From Alloacidobacterium sp. (GTDB lineage Bacteria > Acidobacteriota > Terriglobia > Terriglobales > Acidobacteriaceae), in the NCBI GenBank assembly GCA_035547425.1, contig DASZUU010000050.1, positions 26,645-90,644 of the forward strand: DNA of 64,000 nt, written 5' to 3'. The stretch's first letter is position 1. Each line of letters begins with the position of its first letter. The notes beneath the pieces were generated by a model. It made no database searches, was not told the origin of the DNA, and was given only the letters and a program-made list of their open reading frames with translations. Shown here one piece after another: positions 21,351-32,133 of this stretch. A program made the position numbers and the translations under genes.

Positions 21351-22124
21351 TCAGTGCTTCTCAACCTTCTTAACGTGGCTCAATTCTGACTGCAACTGCT
21401 GATGCAGGTTATTTAGATACGCCTGCATATCAGGAGATAGTGTACGACGTTCCGGCTCCGGACGCCACAAAGAAATTATCCAATAAATGGTGACGAAAAG
21501 ATATGTGAAAGTTCGTAAATAATCGAGTGCTACACCGTGCCAACTAGCCCCAAAATGGCTATATGCTGCTTCTGCGAGTAAATCGACAGTAGACCATACC
21601 GCCCATCCTTGAGCGAGAAGCATAACGTAGCTCGTTGGAAATAAACCCAGTTGCGTCGAAACAACAAGCAGACAGGCACATAGCTCGACATTCAACATTG
21701 CCGAGAAAAGCGTTCCCTTCTCTATCCAGGAATCAAGGGAGTTGGAGAAAACAGGGTGAATAATATAGGCGATAGCAGCTGCAATCGCAGCGCCTGCTAT
21801 TCCAAACAGGATAAATCTGACTCTCGCCTCTTTAACCCAGGCACCGGCAGGTCTTAACGCTACTCTCGCCAATTCATAAACTACGCCAATTTGCAGCGCC
21901 AGATCCAGACATGATGCTGTCCAGTAAATTTGATTATATCGTGCAGCACTGCCATATTGATAAGCAATAAAAAGCAAAATCGTTCGTACAGCATTGAATC
22001 CAATGAACGATGTAAAAATCGGAAATAACCTCCACCGTCCCCTAAAAACAAGGACACATAGGAGGATCAAATGCTCCGCAAAGCCAGCCGCCCATATGAT
22101 TGATGCGGTGAGAGAAAGATTCAC
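21351..22124 (-). CDS. Hypothetical 7-TM membrane protein (cassette gene 2)
   Basis: 257 aa, seven hydrophobic segments, hydrophilic helical C-tail; AT-rich codon use. Confidence 0.85.
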   Translation of the reverse strand: MNLSLTASIIWAAGFAEHLILLCVLVFRGRWRLFPIFTSFIGFNAVRTILLFIAYQYGSAARYNQIYWTASCLDLALQIGVVYELARVALRPAGAWVKEARVRFILFGIAGAAIAAAIAYIIHPVFSNSLDSWIEKGTLFSAMLNVELCACLLVVSTQLGLFPTSYVMLLAQGWAVWSTVDLLAEAAYSHFGASWHGVALDYLRTFTYLFVTIYWIISLWRPEPERRTLSPDMQAYLNNLHQQLQSELSHVKKVEKH

Positions 22125-22177
22125 ATTACGATCTTACTCTTGAAAGTCAATCCATAAATTACAAGAATCGGAACTTG

Positions 22178-22435
22178 CTACCCGATCACTACCACTGACT
22201 GCTTCGGGCGAGGATCAGTACCGCTGATGCTGGCTACTACCACCGACTGCTTCGGGCGAGGATCAGTGCCGCTGATGCTGGCCGTCTGAGTCGTATTCTG
22301 AGGCTGAACCAGAACCATCGAAGTGGTGCTCTTCGGATGCATCTCACTATTTGGGGTCGAAGCAAAAGCCTGGTAAGAAACGGAAAAAACGAGGGTGGGC
22401 AAACCAAGGGACAGAACGCGGACCAAACGATTCAT
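22178..22435 (-). CDS. Secreted precursor peptide with two tandem 16-aa repeats (cassette gene 1)
   Basis: AAAGGAG SD, Sec-type signal ending A-F-A, then ASISGTDPRPKQSVVV x2. Confidence 0.8.
   Translation of the reverse strand: MNRLVRVLSLGLPTLVFSVSYQAFASTPNSEMHPKSTTSMVLVQPQNTTQTASISGTDPRPKQSVVVASISGTDPRPKQSVVVIG
22187..22282. repeat. Tandem repeat, 2 x 48 bp
   Basis: Units 22187-22234 and 22235-22282 match at 45/48 nt. Confidence 0.95.
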
Positions 22436-22882
22436 GACAAAATCTCCTTTAATAAAGCACTGCTCCTGACGAGCATCTGCTATAGCCTATGATGGGCGTG
22501 GAACTCCTACAAGCAATTCATGCATGTGAAATGCCAATTTTTTTTGAAGCCGAACCCTTTTATAAACAATAAGTTGTTGCACATCTGTACAAGTTTGGTT
22601 TAGACTCTACTTACATCTTTAGTAACTCATTGTGGTAACCTGTTGCTCCTAATGAAGTTATTTGAGTCATTCATTCCGGTAATATTTAGCCGGATGAAAC
22701 TTTTTTCCTATCCGGTGTTCTTGCCGACCGAACAAAAATTTTTTCTGCTCATCTGCTTTTTCAAAGCAAAATTTGCTCATCGAAGGAAGTTTCGTCCCGA
22801 TAGGCGAGAAGAAATTACGCAAGATTGGTATTTTTTCAAAGCCAAATGGACAAAATTTGTTTGTTTTGGAAGCGTTTCCCCT

Positions 22883-23179
22883 CTACTGAATCCAGCCGGC
22901 ATACGGATACAGGAGCAGAAAGAAAATCATCGCCAGCGCCATCACGTCCATATAAAGCAGCAGCAAAACCCCGCCGTGATAAAAACTCCAGCGCATCTGC
23001 AGGCAGCGGCTTGTATCGTAGGTCCCGTAAAGCGCAAGAATGGTAGGAACCAGCAGGAACGCTGAAGGCCGCGCATTCGGAAACCCGGAAAGGACAAATG
23101 CCAGAATCAGGCTGCCGAGGACTAAAATGGTTCCGCGCAACAGCGACCGCGCTCGAAAATTGAAAACTGCCGGGGGCAT
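22883..23179 (-). CDS. Small 3-TM hypothetical membrane protein
   Basis: 98 aa, strongly hydrophobic with three helices. Confidence 0.7.
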   Translation of the reverse strand: MPPAVFNFRARSLLRGTILVLGSLILAFVLSGFPNARPSAFLLVPTILALYGTYDTSRCLQMRWSFYHGGVLLLLYMDVMALAMIFFLLLYPYAGWIQ

Positions 23180-23193
23180 TGAAAACGACCGCT

Positions 23194-23898
23194 ATGTCTA
23201 CTTTATCCAATTCCAGCACGCCAATGATCGGCAAACTTGATGACACAACAAAAAGAGAGCGCATTGTCCGCCGCGTGGCCCGCGAGCTGCGCGACGGCTA
23301 TTACGTGAATCTCGGCATCGGCATGCCCACCCTGGTTGCCAACCATGTTCCTCCCGGAATCGAAGTTGTGCTGCAGTCGGAAAACGGTATGCTCGGCGTC
23401 GGCCCCTACCCTGTCGCCGGCGAAGAAGACCCCGACCTTATTAATGCGGGAAAAGAAACGATCACCGAATTGCCCGGCACCGTGTATTTTTCCAGCGCGG
23501 ACTCGTTCGCCATGATCCGCGGCGGCCATATCGATCTCAGCATCCTCGGAGCCATGGAGGTCGACAAGGAAGGCAATCTCGCCAACTGGATGATCCCCGG
23601 CAAAATGGTCAAAGGCATGGGCGGCGCCATGGATCTGGTCGCCGGCGCCCGCCGTGTCATCGTCGCCATGGAACACACCACTAAAGACGGCAAGCCAAAA
23701 ATCCTCAAGCGCTGCACACTGCCCATCACCGGCCTCAAAGTTGTTCACACCATCGCCACCGAAATGGCCTGGATCAGCGTTACCCCGGATGGCCTCGTGC
23801 TGGAAGAGATTGCGCCCGGCCTGAGCGTTGAGGACGTGCAACATGCCACCGAAGCTCCTCTCAAAATCAGCAGCCAACTGCGCGAGATGGTGATCTAA
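23194..23898 (+). CDS. scoB: 3-oxoacid CoA-transferase subunit B
   Basis: [16 protein letters not shown] (catalytic Glu), GMGGAMDLV. Start at 23194 or 23224. Confidence 0.93.
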   Translation: MSTLSNSSTPMIGKLDDTTKRERIVRRVARELRDGYYVNLGIGMPTLVANHVPPGIEVVLQSENGMLGVGPYPVAGEEDPDLINAGKETITELPGTVYFSSADSFAMIRGGHIDLSILGAMEVDKEGNLANWMIPGKMVKGMGGAMDLVAGARRVIVAMEHTTKDGKPKILKRCTLPITGLKVVHTIATEMAWISVTPDGLVLEEIAPGLSVEDVQHATEAPLKISSQLREMVI

Positions 23899-23904
23899 AG
23901 AAGC

Positions 23905-24240
23905 ATGCCTTCTTTTCGATCGAGACCTCTGGCCATTGTGGCCATGGCCCTTCTCGTTACCGGCGCGTCCGCGTGGCTCATCTTTGGCTCCAATGTAATT
24001 GATTGCGACCGGCTGGCTCCATTGACGATTCTGGCCGTGCTCGCAGCTTTTATCATTGCGCTCTGCTTTCGGCTGCTTGCCCGGGCCAATAGCCGCGCGC
24101 ATACATGGCTGCTCGTCTTCGCCCTGCTCCTTGCTGCCGCTTCCCTCTTTGAAAATGTGCGCTTTGTAAGGGTTCATCGCGCCGTGTGCCGCCAGCTTCA
24201 GCAGCAGATGGACCAATTTAAAAATCAGCCCGGCATATAA
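23905..24240 (+). CDS. Hypothetical 3-TM membrane protein
   Basis: Three hydrophobic helices; starts 6 nt after scoB. Confidence 0.65.
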   Translation: MPSFRSRPLAIVAMALLVTGASAWLIFGSNVIDCDRLAPLTILAVLAAFIIALCFRLLARANSRAHTWLLVFALLLAAASLFENVRFVRVHRAVCRQLQQQMDQFKNQPGI

Positions 24241-24267
24241 AAATCTCCGCCCCGCCAATTATTTTCA

Positions 24268-24305
24268 TTGACAGCCTCTATAGGCATAGATTATCTATGC
24301 CTATA
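24268..24305 (+). promoter_or_regulatory. -35 hexamer plus perfect palindromic operator upstream of padR
   Basis: TTGACA at 24268-24273; tataggcataga-tta-tctatgcctata at 24279-24305. Confidence 0.7.
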
Positions 24306-24311
24306 ACTCAT

Positions 24312-24638
24312 ATGCCTAAGACAGACATGCCTCCCGGCGCTCTCACTCTTCTCATCCTTCGCGTTCTTCAATCCGGTTCCCTGCACGGATACGCCATCGC
24401 GCAGCGCATTCACGTGCTCTCAAGCGAAGTCCTCGCGGTGGAAGAAGGCTCCCTCTATCCGGCGCTGCAAAAGATGCTGCTGAAAGGCTGGGTCACGGCG
24501 GAATGGGGTATTTCGGGAACCAACCGCAAGGTCCGCTTCTATCGCCTGACAGCCGCAGGCCGCAAGCAGCTTCAGTCTGAAGTCGCCAATTACGATCGCG
24601 TAACCGAAGCGATTCAAACCATCCTGCGCACCGCCTGA
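24312..24638 (+). CDS. PadR family transcriptional regulator
   Basis: LHGYAIAQRI, EEGSLYPAL, KFYRLT-like VRFYRLTAAGRKQL. Confidence 0.93.
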   Translation: MPKTDMPPGALTLLILRVLQSGSLHGYAIAQRIHVLSSEVLAVEEGSLYPALQKMLLKGWVTAEWGISGTNRKVRFYRLTAAGRKQLQSEVANYDRVTEAIQTILRTA

Positions 24639-24649
24639 GGAGGTTCCTT

Positions 24650-27169
24650 ATGGGTGAATTTTTTCGTCGGCTTCGCTATCTTCTGCAGCGCAACCGCTTT
24701 GATCGTGAATTGGAAAATGAAATGGAATTCCACCGCGAGATGGCCGCGCGCGAGGGGCGCAAAAACTTCGGCAACGATCTGCGGCTCCGCGAGCAATCGC
24801 GCGAGGCATGGGGCTGGGTGTGGATCGATCGCCTGCTACAGGACCTGCGCTACGCCGCGCGCATCCTGTGGCGCTCGCCGGGGTTCACCCTGACGGCAAT
24901 CTTTGTACTGGCTCTCGGCATCGGCGTCAGCGTAACAGCATTCAGTCTGCTCAATATTTTAGTGCTGAAGATGCTGCCGGTGCGCGATCCCGCATCGATT
25001 GTTCGCCTGCAGCGTCGTTCCCCGGAAATCACGACTGCCGATACGCCGTACCTTTCGTTTCTCTTCTATAAAAATCACACAAAAACGCTCTCCGCCATGT
25101 TCGCCGTCATGGGATCGCCTTCCATGGAGTTGAATGATGACCTGCAACCTGTATCCGTCAACTATGTAACCTCAAACTACTTCACGGAATTAGGTACGCA
25201 GGTTGCTGCCGGGCGTCTCTTCCTCTCCTCACAGGACGAATCTGCAAATGCGCCACCCATCGTTGTGCTGAGTCATGGGCTATGGGAACGCCGTTTTAAC
25301 AGCGATCCCGGCATTGTCGGAAAGGTCATCCGGTTGAACGGCAAACCGGCGACGGTGATCGGTGTCGCAGCAAAAAATTACGCCAGCAATTCCGGCCAAT
25401 ACCCAGACCTGTGGTTGCCGATCACACAGGAATCCTATTTCGTAGAAGGAAGCAACGCGATCACGGATGCCGTAGGCGGAGCGGCTGTTCGCATGTGGGG
25501 ACGGCTTGCGCCAGGCATCACCGCCAAAGTAGCGGAGCAGGAGTTGCTCACGCTCACTAACGAATTGCGCAAGCAGTATCCAAAGCTCATCTGGGACAAG
25601 GAATATATCCGCAGCGATCCCGGCAGTCACCTCCTGGTGCTGGAGCCGCAGATGATCCCTGTCTTCAGTATGATCGGCGCTCTCGTGCTGCTCATCTTTA
25701 TCGTCGCCTGCGCCAATCTCGGCGGATTGATGATGGCGCGTGGCGTTGCCCGCGAGCATGAAATCAGCATCCGGCTCGCTATCGGAGCCGGCAGGATGCG
25801 CATCTTCAGGCAGTTGTTTACCGAGAGCCTGCTGCTGGCGATGCTTGCTTCCGTCATCGGCCTGACGTTGAGCTATACCGGCCTGCGCATCATGAACGCC
25901 ATCTACGGAGACGACAAATCCACCTGGATGACCTTTGCGCCCGACTGGCGCGTGATGTTGTTTACCGTGGGCATGGCTCTTTTTGCAGCTCTTCTTTTCG
26001 GACTGGCTCCCGCATTGCAAATGGCGAGGCAGCGCCAGCGCAAAACAATCGCGCGGCAAATTCTGGTGAGCATTCAAATCACTGCCAGTTGCATCCTGCT
26101 CATCGTATCCGGCCTGCTGGTGCACGCAGTACATCACACTCTGTATTCCGACCCGGGCTTCGGCTACGAGCAGGTGGTTTCCATTACACCCGGACTCGAT
26201 AGTCATGGATATAAACCTGAAGCGGCGCGCGCCTATATAGAACAGCTACGGACGCGGCTGCTTGGCCTTCCCGGAGTGACCTCCGTAGCTTTGTCAAAAG
26301 AATCGCTGTTAGGAAATGGCTTTACCTCCTACATCACGACGGATATAGGAGGCCATCCCGTCAATATTTATCCCAACTCGGTCGATCCGCCTTTCTTCAA
26401 AACAATGGGAATTCCACTGCTTCGTGGACGCAATCTGTTGCCGGGTGAAAAACAGGCGGTCATTGTCAGCGAATCGCTGGCACGTCGCCAGTGGCCGGGT
26501 CAGGAGGCATTAGGAAAGAAATTCGGAGATAACAAGGACGTTGTCGTTGGCATAGCGGGAAATGCCCGCATCAAAGCCTTGAATGATGGCGAAGCTGTTG
26601 AGGCTTACTGGGCGGCACAACCGGAAGACCTCGCAGCCATGAGCGTATTGGTAAAAACCGCCGGTGCTCCGGAAGGATTGGTTCCCGAGACGAAATCAAT
26701 CGTCAAGTCGCTTGACCCCAAGCTCTTCCCCTACATCTGGCTGCTGAAGACCGGCTTCCGCGACAGCACGCAGTTGCTGGAGAACACGGCTCTCGCAGCC
26801 ACCATTCTGGGATTACTGGCAACGCTGCTTGCCGCTGTAGGCATCCTGGGCTTGGTCACGTATGCAGTTTCACAGCGCAACAAGGAAATTGCCATTCGCA
26901 TTGCCCTCGGAGCCAAGCCGCAGCATGTGCTCTTCGCCATCTTGCGCCAGTTCGTGCTTCCCGTCGTAACGGGAGCGATTGCCGGAACAGCCGCCACGGC
27001 ATTCGTATCGCGATTCCTGCACAAAATTCTTTACGGCATCAGCAATCTCGACCCCGCCGGATACGCAGGCGGCATTGGCGTCCTGATGGTGATCGCTCTG
27101 ATTGCTGCTCTGCTTCCCGCCCGCCGCGCCCTGCGGGTCGATCCTGTCCGCGCCCTGCACGAAGAATAA
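24650..27169 (+). CDS. ADOP-type duplicated ABC permease (MacB/FtsX)
   Basis: DRELENEMEFH, LLQDLRYAARILWRSPGFT, IACANLGGL, REISIRLAIGA, QRNKEIAIRIALGA, PARRALRVDP; no ATPase adjacent. Confidence 0.92.
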   Translation: MGEFFRRLRYLLQRNRFDRELENEMEFHREMAAREGRKNFGNDLRLREQSREAWGWVWIDRLLQDLRYAARILWRSPGFTLTAIFVLALGIGVSVTAFSLLNILVLKMLPVRDPASIVRLQRRSPEITTADTPYLSFLFYKNHTKTLSAMFAVMGSPSMELNDDLQPVSVNYVTSNYFTELGTQVAAGRLFLSSQDESANAPPIVVLSHGLWERRFNSDPGIVGKVIRLNGKPATVIGVAAKNYASNSGQYPDLWLPITQESYFVEGSNAITDAVGGAAVRMWGRLAPGITAKVAEQELLTLTNELRKQYPKLIWDKEYIRSDPGSHLLVLEPQMIPVFSMIGALVLLIFIVACANLGGLMMARGVAREHEISIRLAIGAGRMRIFRQLFTESLLLAMLASVIGLTLSYTGLRIMNAIYGDDKSTWMTFAPDWRVMLFTVGMALFAALLFGLAPALQMARQRQRKTIARQILVSIQITASCILLIVSGLLVHAVHHTLYSDPGFGYEQVVSITPGLDSHGYKPEAARAYIEQLRTRLLGLPGVTSVALSKESLLGNGFTSYITTDIGGHPVNIYPNSVDPPFFKTMGIPLLRGRNLLPGEKQAVIVSESLARRQWPGQEALGKKFGDNKDVVVGIAGNARIKALNDGEAVEAYWAAQPEDLAAMSVLVKTAGAPEGLVPETKSIVKSLDPKLFPYIWLLKTGFRDSTQLLENTALAATILGLLATLLAAVGILGLVTYAVSQRNKEIAIRIALGAKPQHVLFAILRQFVLPVVTGAIAGTAATAFVSRFLHKILYGISNLDPAGYAGGIGVLMVIALIAALLPARRALRVDPVRALHEE

Positions 27170-27197
27170 AAAAGCGCCCGGCATCCGGGCGCTTTTT
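27169..27197. terminator. Bidirectional intrinsic terminator
   Basis: aaaaagcgcccgg-cat-ccgggcgcttttt. Confidence 0.9.
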
Positions 27198-27214
27198 ACG
27201 ATGAAAGCGAATGC

Positions 27215-28174
27215 TTAGTGGACCACCGATTGAAAGAGCGGCGATTGCAACAGGCTGGAGAACTGGCTGTCGGAAGCCGCAAAGCGAACCTGCAGAATTC
27301 CCGAGTTCGAATCAATGGTCGTACTATCGATAGCCGACTTCTCGACGGTTGTGCCGCTGACCTTCTTGTACATGGCCGCCGCATTCAGCAGCGATGACAT
27401 GGTTGCCGCGGTGAAAGTATCGGGCGTCACCACATCGAGATTGAACTTCACCCCATTGTTGAAGTTCATGGTGTAGCGCGACCCGATCAGGCGCTTCTTC
27501 ACCGTCTCATAGTCGGCCAGCTGAGCCGCTTCGCCCAGCACGCCGCGCATCATCATCTGCGTGCCCTTCTGGTCCAGGATGCTCCAGATCGGTTCGTTAT
27601 CCACGTTGGCCATCTGCTGCATCATCGAATCGTTGCTCAGAAAGCTCGGAGTCAGGCCGTCGCGCGCGTCGAGGGCAAACTTGATCGAATCGCTTGAGCC
27701 AAAGACCATCGTCGTCGGATTCAGGAAGCTGACCAGCATCCCGCTCTCGCCCATGGGATAAATCAGGTTGTCGCGGAGCTTGGTGGCTTTCACCTTCTTC
27801 TTCTTGAAGTTCGCAAGAATATCGGGCAGAGAGAATTGCCCTTCCGCCAGGCCCACGATCTTCGTGCTGTCGCCGCCGCCTGCCGTGCGGAATGCTGCAA
27901 AAGCCAGCTCGTCGATATCGTGATTATCGTTGAGGCCGGAATTCTTCAGGGCCGTTTCCAGCTGCTTCAGCTCCGGCGGAAGCACGCGCGCCTTCAGGTT
28001 CATGGCAGCTTCCGAGTTCTGCATGGCGCGATAATCGACAACGATAATTTGTTGCACGTCTTTGGGAATCGCTGCGCGGGCGTCGCCGCTCAGTTGCGCG
28101 GCCATCACTGGCAAGGATGCAATGGTGCTGAGAGCAAGCGTAGCTGCCAGCGCAAGATGGGTACGAAACTTCAA
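27215..28174 (-). CDS. Secreted hypothetical protein
   Basis: TTG start with GGAGG SD, signal peptide (MKFRTHLALAATLALSTIASLPVMAA), strong codon bias. Confidence 0.8.
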   Translation of the reverse strand: MKFRTHLALAATLALSTIASLPVMAAQLSGDARAAIPKDVQQIIVVDYRAMQNSEAAMNLKARVLPPELKQLETALKNSGLNDNHDIDELAFAAFRTAGGGDSTKIVGLAEGQFSLPDILANFKKKKVKATKLRDNLIYPMGESGMLVSFLNPTTMVFGSSDSIKFALDARDGLTPSFLSNDSMMQQMANVDNEPIWSILDQKGTQMMMRGVLGEAAQLADYETVKKRLIGSRYTMNFNNGVKFNLDVVTPDTFTAATMSSLLNAAAMYKKVSGTTVEKSAIDSTTIDSNSGILQVRFAASDSQFSSLLQSPLFQSVVH

Positions 28175-28249
28175 ATGTCTACCTCCGGGTGCAACTTCAT
28201 TCTGTCTCACCCAAGTATCTGCTGGAGAGGCCAAATATGCCTGTCCTTG

Positions 28250-29191
28250 TTATTTTAGACTGGCGCGTTCCCGTTCCGGTACGGGCCATGGGATAGGTTG
28301 CTCGATCCTTCGCTCCAGAATCTTCGCCTCGGGATCGAATCCATGTAATTGACGCACCCACTCGCTATCCTGCTCATAGGCCGCTTCCGGAAGCAGCCCG
28401 ATCAGTTCCCCGCGCACCGGCTGCGTACGATGCCGTTCTGCCTGTCTCTTGACCGCCGCATAAGCATCGGCCACCGAGGTTTGCCGGAAATCCGTGATAT
28501 TCATAGAGATCTGCGCCATCCCATGCGCCAGTACCCCCATCGCCTTCACCCCGGAAAGCCCTCCCGCCGAAGCCCGAATCTCCTTGGCAATGGCCCTGGC
28601 TGTCGTCACATTATCAGTATCGAGATAAATGTTGTAGGCAATCAGAAAACGCCGCGCGCCTACCGCTGAGGCTCCCGCCGTCGGGTGCAGATCGGGGCCG
28701 CCTACATCCGGACGCCGAGTGACATCCTTGCGCACAGCGTCGCGCAGCCCTTCAAATTGCCCCCGGCGCACATCTTCCAGCAACGCGCGGTCAGGACGCG
28801 CTGCGGCAGCTTCATAAAAATAAACCGGGATGTGATACCGCTTCCAGATTTCCATCCCCGCCTGCCGCGCCAGCAAGGCGCACTGTTCAAGCGAAACGCC
28901 GCGCACCGGCACAAACGGAATCACGTCCGCCGCCCCGATACGGGGATGCACTCCTTGCTGTGTCGTCAGGTCGATCAGCTCGGAAGCTCGCCCCGCCGCG
29001 CGCACCGCTGCTTCCACCACCGCTGCCGGAGTACCGGCAATGGTCACAACGGAACGGTTATGGTCTGCATCCAGCGACCAGTCGAGCAGCGAAACGCCAT
29101 CCATCTGCATAGCCGCAACGATCGACGCGACTTTGTACGAGTCTGCGCCTTCGGAGAAGTTCGGCACGCATTCGATCATGGCCTCGCTCAT
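28250..29191 (-). CDS. ftcD: Glutamate formimidoyltransferase
   Basis: IECVPNFSEG, DADHNRSV, GVHPRIGAADVIPFVP, FLIAYN; no cyclodeaminase domain. Confidence 0.92.
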   Translation of the reverse strand: MSEAMIECVPNFSEGADSYKVASIVAAMQMDGVSLLDWSLDADHNRSVVTIAGTPAAVVEAAVRAAGRASELIDLTTQQGVHPRIGAADVIPFVPVRGVSLEQCALLARQAGMEIWKRYHIPVYFYEAAAARPDRALLEDVRRGQFEGLRDAVRKDVTRRPDVGGPDLHPTAGASAVGARRFLIAYNIYLDTDNVTTARAIAKEIRASAGGLSGVKAMGVLAHGMAQISMNITDFRQTSVADAYAAVKRQAERHRTQPVRGELIGLLPEAAYEQDSEWVRQLHGFDPEAKILERRIEQPIPWPVPERERASLK

Positions 29192-29201
29192 TTCCTGCTC
29201 C

Positions 29202-29951
29202 TTACCGCCACCACGTATAACCAATCTGGAACTGCACGCTGGCATTGACGCCTGGGTTGCGGTCGCCCAGCGATGCGCTGGAAATATGGATGGCATTCGC
29301 GCCGAATGTGATGGATTGGCGCGGCTTCACGAAATAGTGAAATCCGACGCCGAATTGTGGCGTGAAATTCCATACGCTGGTCCCGCCCGGCTGGCCATGC
29401 GGCATCTGAATATCCGGCGGATACTTGTGATTCGTCCAGATCAAGCCGCCTGCGCCCTGCGCAAAGGGCGCAAGGCGCCTTGCCGGCTTGAAGTTCCACC
29501 GCAGAATAATCGGCGTAATGCTGACACCCGTAAAAGTGCCGCCGTTTACCGGCAGCAACACATCCCCGGTCTGCCCCTGGTATTCATAGGGCGTTTCCTG
29601 GTAATGCGGAGCAGGCGTGAACGACTGCCAGTAAGGCATCAGTTCACCCGCGTATTCAAATTGTCCGCGCAGAAAGCCCGGCAGATGCTCATCGGTGATC
29701 ACCTTGCCCAGGCGTACACCTGCGCTGGTAAAGCTGAAGTCGGAGCGATCTCCGATGCCGACGCCGCCCTGAAAAAACGCGCCGAACTCCCACGGGCGCA
29801 TCGCCAGCACGTCCGATGCCGGTTTTTCATTTGCCGGAGCCGGGGTTTGCGCAAAGGCCGAAAGCGAAAGCAGACTGGAGGCCGCAAAAACAAGGGAAGG
29901 AAGAATTTTTTTCAGCATAGTGATGTGCGTGCTCTTCTTCTGATGCTCCAT
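29202..29951 (-). CDS. PagL-like acyloxyacyl hydrolase / outer membrane beta-barrel
   Basis: Signal peptide, alternating beta strands, HISSASLGDRNPGVN (His-x-Ser) near the C-terminus. The start may be 29918. Confidence 0.75.
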   Translation of the reverse strand: MEHQKKSTHITMLKKILPSLVFAASSLLSLSAFAQTPAPANEKPASDVLAMRPWEFGAFFQGGVGIGDRSDFSFTSAGVRLGKVITDEHLPGFLRGQFEYAGELMPYWQSFTPAPHYQETPYEYQGQTGDVLLPVNGGTFTGVSITPIILRWNFKPARRLAPFAQGAGGLIWTNHKYPPDIQMPHGQPGGTSVWNFTPQFGVGFHYFVKPRQSITFGANAIHISSASLGDRNPGVNASVQFQIGYTWWR

Positions 29952-30020
29952 GCAAAATGATGTTTCAACATAAAAGGAAGGCCGCCACTCGGGCGGCCCT
30001 CAATTCTCTGTGTGACCGCG

Positions 30021-30767
30021 TTAACCTGCCACTTCTTCCATCTGCGCCGCATCCATGTCGAAATTGGAATAGACGTTCTGCACATCGTCGTGGTCTTCCA
30101 GCGCCTCAAGCAGGCGAATCATCTGCGCTGCCGTCGAGCCTTCGAGCTTCGTGTACGTCGAGGCGATCATCGTCACCTCCGACATCACCGTCTCGATGCC
30201 CGCATCGCGAATCGCCTGCGCCACCGCTTCATATGCGGCAGGCTCGGTCATAATCTCCCACGTATCGCCTTCGTCGTTCAGGTCGTCGCCGCCCGCTTCC
30301 AGCACAATGTTCATCAGCTTCTCTTCATCGGCAGCCGTTTTTGCAACTGCGATAATGCCCTTCTTGCTGAACATGAACCGCACCGAGCCCGACTCGCCGA
30401 GGTTGCCGCCGTTCTTTGAGAATGCGTGGCGAATTTCGCTCACCGTGCGGTTGCGATTGTCGGTCGTCGTTTCCACAATGACCGCGACGCCGCCCGGGCC
30501 ATAGCCCTCAAACGTAATCTCTTCATAGACCGCGCCGGGAAGTTCGCCCGTACCGCGCTGGATGGCGCGCTTGATATTGTCTGCCGGCATGTTCTCGGCT
30601 TTGGCAGCGGCAACAGCGGTGCGCAACCGCGGGTTTCCGTCAGGATCGCCGCCAGCCTTGGCTGCGATGGTGATTTCTTTGATCAGACGCGTGAAGATCT
30701 TGCCGCGCTTGGCGTCAAGAGCCCCTTTTTTATGCTTAATTGTCGCCCATTTTGAATGGCCAGACAT
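30021..30767 (-). CDS. yebC: YebC/PmpR family protein
   Basis: [22 protein letters not shown]-like [17 protein letters not shown]. Confidence 0.96.
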   Translation of the reverse strand: MSGHSKWATIKHKKGALDAKRGKIFTRLIKEITIAAKAGGDPDGNPRLRTAVAAAKAENMPADNIKRAIQRGTGELPGAVYEEITFEGYGPGGVAVIVETTTDNRNRTVSEIRHAFSKNGGNLGESGSVRFMFSKKGIIAVAKTAADEEKLMNIVLEAGGDDLNDEGDTWEIMTEPAAYEAVAQAIRDAGIETVMSEVTMIASTYTKLEGSTAAQMIRLLEALEDHDDVQNVYSNFDMDAAQMEEVAG

Positions 30768-30896
30768 GGGAAACCTCGGAAGCTGTTTTGTTTTCAGTTT
30801 GCGGCGAAATGCTTGAAAACAGGAATGGTTTTGAGCGATCCCCGCAACTTGTAAGTATAGCAGGGTGTTATGGCCCTATGTATAGCCATTCACTCC

Positions 30897-31897
<1,001 letters not shown>

Positions 31898-32133
31898 AAT
31901 TTGCGGCATCCGCCAAAACCGCCCGCATTTGCGATTAGAATAAGCAGGTAGAGTTTCCGGGTGAGAAGGACTGAATCGGTGTAGAAAGCGGCTCCCGCGC
32001 ACAGCATATTTATGACCGTGTCCTGCGGTCATAACAGAGATACGACTCCAGTAAAAATTTAACGCGCTGTTTAAACGGCGGGACGTGCTATGCGCTTTTC
32101 ATGCGCATACAGTTATGAGAGAGAGGTAGTTGG

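Noticed and set aside
22187-22282. 48-bp repeat as a CRISPR array
   Set aside because: Head-to-tail with no spacers, in-frame within an ORF, and no cas genes.
22643-23065. 140-aa + strand ORF in the AT-rich region upstream of the peptide gene
   Set aside because: TTG start, Phe/Lys-rich low-complexity sequence, and it overlaps a better-supported minus-strand membrane gene.
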